Source: Planctomycetota bacterium (lineage in GTDB: Bacteria > Planctomycetota > UBA8108 > SXIK01). From it: a stretch of DNA of 64,000 nucleotides. Location: assembly GCA_965223265.1 (NCBI GenBank), contig OZ244999.1, positions 1,888,001 through 1,952,000 on the forward strand, written 5' to 3'. Made by a program: the position numbers and the translations under genes. Shown piece by piece: positions 10,406 to 18,578 of this stretch (positions within the stretch are counted from its first letter, which is position 1; every line of letters begins with the position of its first letter). Below the pieces are notes generated by a model. That model had not been told where the DNA came from and made no database searches. It saw nothing but the letters and a program-made list of their open reading frames with translations.

Positions 10406-10972
10406 GGAGGAATCCTCCATTTTAGTGACTACATCTCGGGGCGCAAAAAACTCTGCAACCTCCTACGTTGTCAATCCTTGCGGCCGAAACCCGCTCAGGC
10501 AAGCGTGGAAGTTCGGTCTAGTCCGACTCACTGAACGGACGCGCAACTTTCCGTGGGCGAAAGTATGAACCTTGTCCGAAAGCCGGATGCGGGAAAACCG
10601 CACGTCCGGTTTGATGAGCGGGAGGTGGAAACAGGGCACGGTCTGAGGCTATTTGGCACCGGCAGACGAAAGAGCCGGAAACGGAAAGTCCTTGGCCTAA
10701 ACCACTGCGCCACCTCTCGACTCTACCATTTCGCGCCGGCCTGGCCGGACGAGTTTCGCGGGAATTCAAAGGCCCTTTCGACTTTTTAGTACCCTGAGAA
10801 CCCTTGTGCATGTTCAAAAACAACTCCTGTCCGGCCCTTCGGGGAATGCCAGGAGCGCCGATGCCTGCGCCCGTCCTCCGCCACGACCCGAGCGGGATCG
10901 CGCCCGAGTCGCTCCTTGGCCTCGACGCTCCTGGCGCTGGCAGGCTCGACGCGAAATGGCCAAATTCGAGAG

Positions 10973-11241
10973 CAGCCCGTTGAAAAAGTGCGCAAAGGGA
11001 TTTCGGACGTCGACGACGATTCGCTGAATTTCGTTCGACATCTCGAGGCGTAGAATACGCAAGAACTTGTTCGATGGAACCATCGTCGCCCACACGGCGG
11101 GATTCTTTGTTGCCTCTGTTGCCGTTCGGAAACTCTTCTATTCTTGAACAGAAGGCAACAGAGGTGACGAAGGGGGGCGTCTCGGCGCTCTTTGCGTCAA
11201 CTCCCTTTCCAAATCGGACGGATGGGTTTTCAACCGCCCTG
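10973..11241. repeat. MITE-like element with family B ends, containing an internal palindrome
   Basis: Ends cagcccgttgaaaaag ... ttttcaaccgccctg|CTAA. Internal inverted repeat cctctgttgcc / ggcaacagagg (~11113-11165). Confidence 0.55.
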
Positions 11242-11454
11242 CTAACGCTGGACAGTAGCCTCGCGGTGGGCGCTGGCGATGCGGCTCGTGGCACACCTCG
11301 CGAAGACGGCGGTCGGCATCGTGAGTGTGAGACGGGTTCTCCCTGCAGTGTGGGGTTCGCTGAGTTGGTGCGGTGTGGCGACTTGTTCTGGTCTCAAGGG
11401 ATTGCGAGAATGATCACTTCTGCCACTGGTTCCCTGAAAGATTGAGGAAAGCGC

Positions 11455-13095
11455 ATGAAGTCGAATCTCTTCCGCCTCGCGTCCATTGTCGTTGCATTGA
11501 TGGTCACCGCGCCGCCGGCGAGTGCCGCCGAGATCTTCGACGGTGAGTCGCTGGCCGGTTGGGAAGGGCCGCTCAAGTTCTTCCGAGTCGAGGATGGGGC
11601 CATCGTTGGAGGGCGACTCGACGGTGCCATACCGAAGAATCAGTTTCTCGCTACTACACGCTCCTACACGAATTTCGACTTGCGACTCCGGTTCAAACTG
11701 CTCGGCGATGACACCAACGCGGGCATCCAGGTGCGAAGCGTACGAGTGCCGAACCACCACGAAATGGTTGGCTACCAAGCCGATCTTGGACAGAACTACT
11801 GGGGATCGCTCTACGACGAGTCAAGGCGAAGAAAAGTTCTGGCGCAGGCGAATCTGAATGAACTCTACGCGGTACTCGACAAGAAAGGTTGGAACGATTA
11901 CCGCATTCGCTGCGAGGGACCTCGAGTAAAGCTTTGGATCAACGGCTACCAGACCGTTGACTACACCGAGCCGGATGCCTCGATCCCGCGTCACGGGTTC
12001 GTCGCATTGCAGATCCATAGCGGCCCTCCGGGAGAGGCTTGGTACAAGGACATAACCATCGAGGAGCTGCCTGAACCGTCGGAGCCGCCGACGCTTGCGG
12101 AGGGGGTTCGCGGTGTTGCGACCCGCGCTCCAGGCGAGGTAACGATCGATGGCGACTTGACCGAATTCAACCGTGCATTTGGCACGCCGATTGAGTACTT
12201 CCACGTAACGGACAAACTCTACGATCGTGCAGCGCAGTTCTTCTACATGTGGGACGACGAAGCATTCTATGCAGCACTGCGCACACTGGATACGAAACCT
12301 GCCAACTTGGCGCCAAACAACCGGCTGTGGGAAGGAGACGGTGTCGAGTGGTATTTCGATACACGCCGTGGCGAGAACTTCCGTAGTCGCAAGTGGGGCG
12401 AAGGTGCGGTGCATTGCTACTGGGTTGGCTTGACGGGGGAGAAAGTCGCGTCGCGTTTCTGCCTTCGCCCCGGATACCTTGACGCGATTCCCCAGACTGG
12501 GGTCGAAGTTGCAGCGAAGCGCACCGAGGTCGGGATGGACGTAGAGTTCAAGCTGCCTTGGGTGAATTTTCCTGGCTTCGCACCGAACGCTGGGAGTGTC
12601 ATCGGGGTCGACGCCGAGCTTTGCTATAGTGACGGCGGACCTCGTGTCGATCGGTCATTCGTTTATGGCAGCCCGCTTTCCGTCCAGCAGCCCGCAAGCT
12701 TGGCTCGCGTTCAGCTCGTCGACGCATTCAAGCGGGAGTACTGGAAGATGTGCGGTCCGGTCTTGATGCCGGCGCGCTGCGACACTGCGTGGAAGCAAGA
12801 GACTGTGCCTCACGTCACGGGGTACATGGCTCTGCCACCCAATTACGCGGAAGATATCGGAAGGATTCTCTTTCGCCTCACCGACTTGCGAGGCTCGACG
12901 CTAGCGGAGTTCTCCGGAAAGATCGAGACGTTCGCGGAATACGGACAGTTTCGCCGTGCGGTCGCTCGCTGGCCCAGCGATCTGACTCCTGCTGGCGGAT
13001 ATCACCTCGTCGGTATCGTCTATGACACCGAACAGCGGGAATTGACGCGCGTGGCTCCGCGCATGGTGAGCGTTGGCATGACACCGGGCTATTAA
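11455..13095 (+). CDS. Secreted DUF1080 (3-keto-disaccharide hydrolase-like) plus CBM9/DOMON-like domain protein
   Basis: Signal peptide; IFDGESLAGW, NAGIQVRS, GYQAD, WNDYRI, GFVALQIH; then VTIDGDLTEF...WDDEAFY...WEGDGVEWYFD. Confidence 0.8.
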   Translation: MKSNLFRLASIVVALMVTAPPASAAEIFDGESLAGWEGPLKFFRVEDGAIVGGRLDGAIPKNQFLATTRSYTNFDLRLRFKLLGDDTNAGIQVRSVRVPNHHEMVGYQADLGQNYWGSLYDESRRRKVLAQANLNELYAVLDKKGWNDYRIRCEGPRVKLWINGYQTVDYTEPDASIPRHGFVALQIHSGPPGEAWYKDITIEELPEPSEPPTLAEGVRGVATRAPGEVTIDGDLTEFNRAFGTPIEYFHVTDKLYDRAAQFFYMWDDEAFYAALRTLDTKPANLAPNNRLWEGDGVEWYFDTRRGENFRSRKWGEGAVHCYWVGLTGEKVASRFCLRPGYLDAIPQTGVEVAAKRTEVGMDVEFKLPWVNFPGFAPNAGSVIGVDAELCYSDGGPRVDRSFVYGSPLSVQQPASLARVQLVDAFKREYWKMCGPVLMPARCDTAWKQETVPHVTGYMALPPNYAEDIGRILFRLTDLRGSTLAEFSGKIETFAEYGQFRRAVARWPSDLTPAGGYHLVGIVYDTEQRELTRVAPRMVSVGMTPGY

Positions 13096-13176
13096 CAGCC
13101 CCCTTGAAAAAGTCATTCAGCCGAGGAAACTGGCCTCTTCACTCCCTTTCGGCTCGAAGCACCTTTCAACGGGCTG
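13096..13176. repeat. Short MITE-like repeat, family B (internally deleted)
   Basis: TTAA|cagcccccttgaaaaagtcattcagccgaggaaactggcctcttcac...ttcggctcgaagcacctttcaacgggctg|CTAA. Both ends match the 56618-56796 copy. Confidence 0.75.
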
Positions 13177-13432
13177 CTAAACCGGCGTTCGGCGTCACCG
13201 CGCCGCGTTTTGCTTCTGGTCCGGGTTCGCGGCGTTTCAGCATGCTACTGATTCAGATTTCGGGTCGACGCGAAGTCCTGGTGGCGGCAAGTTGTTATGG
13301 GACAGTCATCAGCAGGTTCTTACGCAAAATAATGCCTGTTCATAGAACCGAAGCAATGTCGATAGCATCACTATCTCGTTCAGTCGCGCAGCGACCGTGG
13401 AGCCGAATTCTTGCGCCGGGATAGTGCCACCA

Positions 13433-13711
13433 ATGGACCCCAAGACACGCTTCCGACTTGCTCATCAGCTCGTACTGCATCTCAATGACCTTCATCAGGA
13501 CATCCGCATGTGGGGAGAGCCGTGCGCGAGTCATAGGACAAGACTGAATCACTTCCTGAATCAGTGGGGAAGGGAGCCACGCGCAGAGGAGATTCCGGAT
13601 GAGGCATTCGAACGGGAGGTCTACGACTTTCTGATCGAAGTGGCGGGAGTCGTCGCGCGGAGCACTGCGCGTCCGAAGTCGAAGGCATCGGTCGAAAGTG
13701 CCAACGCTTAG
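13433..13711 (+). CDS. Small hypothetical protein
   Basis: 92-aa ORF with protein-like composition (MDPKTRFRLAHQLVLHLNDLHQD...). No recognised motif. Confidence 0.45.
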   Translation: MDPKTRFRLAHQLVLHLNDLHQDIRMWGEPCASHRTRLNHFLNQWGREPRAEEIPDEAFEREVYDFLIEVAGVVARSTARPKSKASVESANA

Positions 13712-13715
13712 CCGT

Positions 13716-13904
13716 GCTCGTGGCGTTCCCCCAAGGGCCGGACAGGAGTTTTTGAACACGCACCAGGGCTCTCAGGGTACAAAAAAGTCGAAAGGGCCTT
13801 TGAATCCCCGCGAACCTCGTCCGGCCAGGCCGGCGCGAAATGGCCAAACTGGATGAGGATTTGGACGAGCGAAGCCGAGTCCAAATCCTGAGTTCAACTC
13901 GAGG
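13716..13904 (-). repeat. MITE family A copy 2 (partial) with a 49-bp hairpin insert in its TIR
   Basis: The reverse complement aligns with 6752-6764 + 10727-~10860. The extra segment 13851-13899 contains the 11-bp stem aggatttggac/gtccaaatcct. Confidence 0.8.
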
Positions 13905-16697
13905 TTAGGGCGTGACGAACGTCGAGGCGCCACCTTCGACCGCCGAATCGGCGTTCAGCCATGAGTCGAGCACGATCCCTGTATTGGGATCGGTCAGACG
14001 ATTGATCAGCGTGCTGCCGAGCGGGCCGGAGAAGTTCGGGTCGAGCGAACCGTCACGCAGGTTGGGGCCGACGCCAGGCTGCAGGAGTGCGTGATTGTTC
14101 GACCCGTTTGACACACCGGACTGCTCAACGATGCGGTCGAGATTGTAAACGACGTTCCCGAGATTGAAGATCGTCGCCGGTGCATCGTTACAGCCGATGC
14201 GGTTGTTGTCGTTGTCGAGCGGATTGACCGGGCAACCGTTCTGGTCGAAGAGGTAGAGTCCCGATCCCAAGCCAGCAACCATGTGTACCCAGTATGGGGA
14301 ATTCAACTGGTTGCCGGGATTCTGCCCGATGTGGGTGCGTAAGAGATCGAAGTCCAGAGCGGCGAAGTCGTTGGTGGCCATCGCCTGGCGGAAAGCATCG
14401 TACAGCGCGCCTTGGCCACCACTGAGCGACTGCGTCGTCAAATGACACGCAACACAGTAGCGCGGTCCTTCAGCTCCGCCCCCAACCTTGCCTCGGATCG
14501 AATGCGGCATCATGACGTTGTGGCTGAGTGCTCCGAACACGTTGCGGCCGTTGACGCCGGGGTTGTTTCCGTTGCCGTTGCGATCAGAAAACGCGAACAC
14601 CTGGGAGTCGACGTCGTTGAGGTCACGGTATTGAAAGAACGTCGTCGTGTTTGCGGTGATGGGGCTGATTTTGTTGTGCACATTCACACCGAGCTGGAAG
14701 TGAACCGGGTTCTGGTAAACAAAATCGGCGTTGGCCTGTCGAAACACGATTTGCTCGCCGGTGATGTTGCTGAAGTTGTTGCCACGATTGTATTCACCGC
14801 CGAGGTGACACCCGATGCAGTTGTTGGTCCACGAAGCATGACATGAAACGCAGCTCATGTTGTCCATGTGACTGAAACCAGCACCGACCGCTCCAGGAGT
14901 CACCTGTTGTGGGCCGATTCCAGTCGACGGATCTCCGTCGGCACGCCCCATGGAGTACGACGCGCGTTCGCTGTAGACGGCTTCGCCGTTGAACGGATCG
15001 ACGCGTCCGGTGTCGACCACGGTATCACGCGTCTGCGGGATGAAATGTCGATTCCCAGTCAAGCGACTCGTGAGGTAGTAGTTTCCGTCCGACTCAAGCG
15101 TCACATGACGCATGCTGTTTCCCTCGGAATCGACTCCGACTTCAGCCGGCTGACCAGAGTAGGTGATTCCGGTAGTCGTCTGTGCATAGGCGTCGACGGT
15201 CCCGTGACAGTCTTCGCAAGCAATAGATACTGCCTGCTCCTGTCGGCTGACAATCTCACCGTCGGTGCCGATCGTGCCGCCGTGAAGGTCGTGGCTGCCG
15301 TGGCAGTCGATGCAGCCCATGCCCGCATCGTAGTGAACGTCAGCGGGAGTGTCGTCGAGACCGTCACCGTCGTAATCTTCGATCAAGATGTACTGATTGG
15401 CATTGCGGCCGTTGAACGTTCGGTTGTTGACGACTGGATCGAAGAGACGAGTGTCACCAAAGGTATTCCTGAAGAAAGATGGGTTTGCGGGGTACTGCAC
15501 TCGATTACGCAAGTCGGCATTCTGGTCGAGTCTTATACCCCAGAACTGCATCACGGTTCGATTCGATCCCTGATGACAGCCGGCGCAGGTGTAGTCGTCG
15601 ATGCCTTGAACTTGCTCTCCGGTGGCCAGTGTCTGGGCGACGCTGGTGATCATGTGGCGCCGAACGTGCGGTCGCTCGGGGGGATCAATGTCGTCCGGGT
15701 CGAGAGGCTCGTTCTTACGAATGTTTGGATCCGTACTATAGCTCCGGCCATCGAGACTGTAGCGCATGTGACACGCTGTGCAGCCAGACGACCGATAGTC
15801 CCCGTAGCGATTATTCGCTCCGGCGCTGCCGAGGTGGCAATCGCCGCACGTGAACGCGACTTGCTCGTGAAAAACATTCGCCAGAGGCGAGTTCGGAACG
15901 ACGGAGTTGTCCGCCTGCAGGTAGTTGGCGAGCTGCGTCGAGTCATACAGCGGGTTTTCATCCATGTCGAGCGGCCCGGTACCACCGCGGCGACTGTACA
16001 CCGGGAACTCGAGCAAACGCCCAACGGCGCCGAAGCTTGCGGTGTTAAAATCGAAGTTCGCATCCTGAACGGCTCGAAATGCAAAGTCAGACGCCGTGTC
16101 GAAGTAAAGTCCCTGGTTCTCTGGAACCTGATTCGGAAGGCCGAGCGTGAACATGGAGCTCGAGAGGATCCCGACTTCGGTCGCGAGGGCGCTCTTGGCA
16201 ACGCACTCGGCGTGTGACGCATGGCAGGAGCCGCAGCCGCGCTGTTGAGTGACGACGCGCAGGTCTCCGGGATTGATGAATTGCAGGTAGTCGGTCGCGG
16301 TATAGGTGACACCGTTCACCTGGTAGTCGGCGAACTTGTCGATGCCAGTGAGGGTCAGGCGATTGAAGTATGCGAGTCGATTGTTGGTCAGGTTGACTTC
16401 GTCGCCGATTTCCGGAGGTGGCGGAATGTGACTGTCGGAGACGCCAGATCCCTGGCCGTTGCCGCCGTGACACGTTGTGCAGCGAAGCGTCGCGGCGCCA
16501 GGAAACGGGTGCGGATTCTCCAGCCCTGTGCCAGCGTAGTCGTCATGGAGAGCACCGTTGTGGCAGCCCATACATGATTCAGCGGCAGCGGCAACAATCG
16601 TTGGGTTGCCATTGGAATCTGAGTCGAAACACCCTGTTAGCACTGACAGTATCGATACCAGTGCCAGGGTCCCTAGTCCTTGCGTCAGCCGCGACAT
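13905..16697 (-). CDS. Large 11-heme c-type cytochrome lipoprotein
   Basis: 11 CxxCH motifs (CMGCH, CTTCH, CGSCH, CGDCH, CTACH, CAGCH, CIDCH, CEDCH, CVSCH, CIGCH, CVACH). Lipoprotein signal MSRLTQG...SVLTG-C from ATG 16697. Confidence 0.88.
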   Translation of the reverse strand: MSRLTQGLGTLALVSILSVLTGCFDSDSNGNPTIVAAAAESCMGCHNGALHDDYAGTGLENPHPFPGAATLRCTTCHGGNGQGSGVSDSHIPPPPEIGDEVNLTNNRLAYFNRLTLTGIDKFADYQVNGVTYTATDYLQFINPGDLRVVTQQRGCGSCHASHAECVAKSALATEVGILSSSMFTLGLPNQVPENQGLYFDTASDFAFRAVQDANFDFNTASFGAVGRLLEFPVYSRRGGTGPLDMDENPLYDSTQLANYLQADNSVVPNSPLANVFHEQVAFTCGDCHLGSAGANNRYGDYRSSGCTACHMRYSLDGRSYSTDPNIRKNEPLDPDDIDPPERPHVRRHMITSVAQTLATGEQVQGIDDYTCAGCHQGSNRTVMQFWGIRLDQNADLRNRVQYPANPSFFRNTFGDTRLFDPVVNNRTFNGRNANQYILIEDYDGDGLDDTPADVHYDAGMGCIDCHGSHDLHGGTIGTDGEIVSRQEQAVSIACEDCHGTVDAYAQTTTGITYSGQPAEVGVDSEGNSMRHVTLESDGNYYLTSRLTGNRHFIPQTRDTVVDTGRVDPFNGEAVYSERASYSMGRADGDPSTGIGPQQVTPGAVGAGFSHMDNMSCVSCHASWTNNCIGCHLGGEYNRGNNFSNITGEQIVFRQANADFVYQNPVHFQLGVNVHNKISPITANTTTFFQYRDLNDVDSQVFAFSDRNGNGNNPGVNGRNVFGALSHNVMMPHSIRGKVGGGAEGPRYCVACHLTTQSLSGGQGALYDAFRQAMATNDFAALDFDLLRTHIGQNPGNQLNSPYWVHMVAGLGSGLYLFDQNGCPVNPLDNDNNRIGCNDAPATIFNLGNVVYNLDRIVEQSGVSNGSNNHALLQPGVGPNLRDGSLDPNFSGPLGSTLINRLTDPNTGIVLDSWLNADSAVEGGASTFVTP

Positions 16698-17017
16698 TCG
16701 CTTGGCCTTTCGTTTTTCCTCTCGCACAAGCCTTGATGGACTGCCTGAGTCCAGTCGGGGCAAGTGCTACGCGCCTGGAACATCGTCTCGGTGCACGACA
16801 CACGGCGAGACGTGGTCTCCGGTCCCTGCGCAACTCTTCGGCCAAAGCGATCACGAACAGTTCAAGTCGTTGATTAAGCGTCTGTTACGCTCGAGTGCAA
16901 GGCGCTGAGAGTTGCCCCGCTTCCTTCCTAGTGTGGAGAATTCGGACCCATGATGAACGGTGAGATCGAGGGGCGCTTCGATGTGCTTTTTCGGACCATG
17001 TGCGAGACCGGTCACGG

Positions 17018-18301
17018 TCACACTTGTTCCCGAAAGAGGCGGCGGATCAACGCGATCTCATCTGGTTTCAGTCCGCTCTCGGATCGTAACGACTTCAGTT
17101 TCTGAATCGGGAAGTGCTGCAGCTTCCTGACGAGAGAAGTTGTGAGTTCGTCGACGAGCGTGTGACATTGTGGAGGAAAGCGATGCGTGAACGCTTGCAT
17201 CTCGCCAAGTCGAATTTCTTCGAAGCGTTCGAGAAGATGGCGGATGACTGGCTCAACCTGGAGATACGAGCTGTGCGACTCGAACGATTCAATGGCCTGT
17301 GTGACGATATCTTCTGCGTCCGGGACCTCGCCGCGTCGTGCCAAAGCGTTCTCGCGGACTACTGCGTTGAGATCATCGATGTTCAAGAGATGGACACCGG
17401 GAACTGCACGGCACTCGGGATCGACATCGCGCGGCACTGCGAGGTCTACGAGGACGAACGGCCGTTGACCACGCTCCATTTGAATTCGTTCGATTTGACT
17501 CCGCTTCAGCAATAGATGGTCGGAACTGGTGGAGGCGAGGACGACATCGGCGGAGGCCAGTCCCGTCTCGATAGAGGACCATCCGATCGCACGTTCGGCG
17601 CCAAGTTCCCTGACGAGGTCTTGAGCTCGAGAGAGAGTCCGATTGACAACAACGCATTCTTGTACTTCGCCCATAAACGCTCTGGCTGCAGCCCTAGCGA
17701 CGGCGCCAGAGCCGACCACGAGCAGCGATAGATGCTGGCGCTTTCCAAGAGCTTTGCGACAAAGCTGTAGAGCCGCCTGACCCAGCGTCATAGATCCACG
17801 AGAGATCTTTGTCTCAGTGCGAACTCGCTTTCCGACGCGAAGAGCTGCTGGAACCAGGCGGGTGAACTGTTCGCGCGCGCAGTCCGACTCTACAGCTATT
17901 TTCAACGCGGCGCGCAGTTGGCGAAGGATTTCAGATTCACCGATGAGCGCACTGTCGAGACCTGCCGCCAAACGAAAGAGGTGACGGACTGCATCGCGGT
18001 CGCGATGAATGTAGTAATGCTGCAGCGGAATCGGAGCGCTGAGGTCCGGATTCATCAGGTGTCGAACTTGCGCGGCAAACGCCAACGATTGCTGGCGTGC
18101 GTTGTCGGAAAGTGCGTGTTTGTACGGCTCGCAGCGATAGAATTCCGTTCGATTGCACGTCGACACGATCAGATGTTCGGCATTCGAGCTCGATCGAAAC
18201 TCTCCGAGTAATTCCCGCGAGCGCTGAGAGGAGAGTCCCCACTGCTCTCGGATTTCGACAGGGGCTGAGTGATGACTGAGCCCGAACAGGGTGAGTTGCA
18301 T
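17018..18301 (-). CDS. hemA: Glutamyl-tRNA reductase
   Basis: GLSHHSAPVEIRE, catalytic STCNRTE, GLDS..IGE.EI..Q, VVNRT, DLAVPRDVD. Start at ATG 18301 (MQLTLFG). Confidence 0.93.
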   Translation of the reverse strand: MQLTLFGLSHHSAPVEIREQWGLSSQRSRELLGEFRSSSNAEHLIVSTCNRTEFYRCEPYKHALSDNARQQSLAFAAQVRHLMNPDLSAPIPLQHYYIHRDRDAVRHLFRLAAGLDSALIGESEILRQLRAALKIAVESDCAREQFTRLVPAALRVGKRVRTETKISRGSMTLGQAALQLCRKALGKRQHLSLLVVGSGAVARAAARAFMGEVQECVVVNRTLSRAQDLVRELGAERAIGWSSIETGLASADVVLASTSSDHLLLKRSQIERIQMERGQRPFVLVDLAVPRDVDPECRAVPGVHLLNIDDLNAVVRENALARRGEVPDAEDIVTQAIESFESHSSYLQVEPVIRHLLERFEEIRLGEMQAFTHRFPPQCHTLVDELTTSLVRKLQHFPIQKLKSLRSESGLKPDEIALIRRLFREQV

Positions 18302-18578
18302 TCGACGACGCTCCGCGATGTCAGCTGTAGATTCCTCGCTTCTACCGGCAAGAAACGAGCCGGCCAATCGTTGGGGATTTGGACACTCGAGTGAAGTTGT
18401 GAAGCAGTGTGGGCGATGAAAAGCAAGGCGTTGCAAACGAACGGGTTGGAGAGACGTCGCGGCTCACACCTCGCTGACGGTTCGACGTGCCCGAAAGCCA
18501 GATGGGGAGGAAATCCTTGGGTGTGTGCGCCGAAATCTTCCTGCCGCGCCGCCAGTTTCTTTGTAGGCCGCTGCGCGA

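Larger units (their letters stand above)
8549..10516 (-). mobile_element. IS1634-family insertion sequence (1968 bp)
   Basis: Perfect 11-bp TIRs ccgaacttcca (8549-8559) and tggaagttcgg (10506-10516). 6-bp TSD tctagt at 8543-8548 and 10517-10522. Removing the element restores the RT frame LGLVRLTER. Confidence 0.92.
6765..10726 (+). mobile_element. Group II intron (RT-encoding), interrupted by an IS
   Basis: Domain V gaaagccggatgcgggaaaaccgcacgtccggtttg (~10578-10615) is followed by domain VI ending ctctAC at 10726. The 5' end GTACG at 6765 is fixed by the uninterrupted site agtttggc|catttcgcg in the 13.8-kb repeat copy. Confidence 0.9.
6752..10970 (+). mobile_element. MITE family A copy 1 (~257 bp when rejoined: 6752-6764 + 10727-10970), interrupted by the group II intron
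   Basis: The rejoined left end ctcgagtttggc|catttcgcg matches the reverse complement of cgcgaaatggccaaattcgag (10950-10970) at 20 of 21 bases. A homologous copy lies at 13716-13904. Confidence 0.75.

Noticed and set aside
10518-11445. ORFs of 60-258 aa across the intron end and MITEs
   Set aside because: They span non-coding repeats and element junctions, so they are chance frames.
14868-16217. 449-aa plus-strand ORF and similar long antisense ORFs (2975-4030, 35077-36021, 36616-37710)
   Set aside because: These are shadow frames opposite well-supported genes, as expected in GC-rich DNA.
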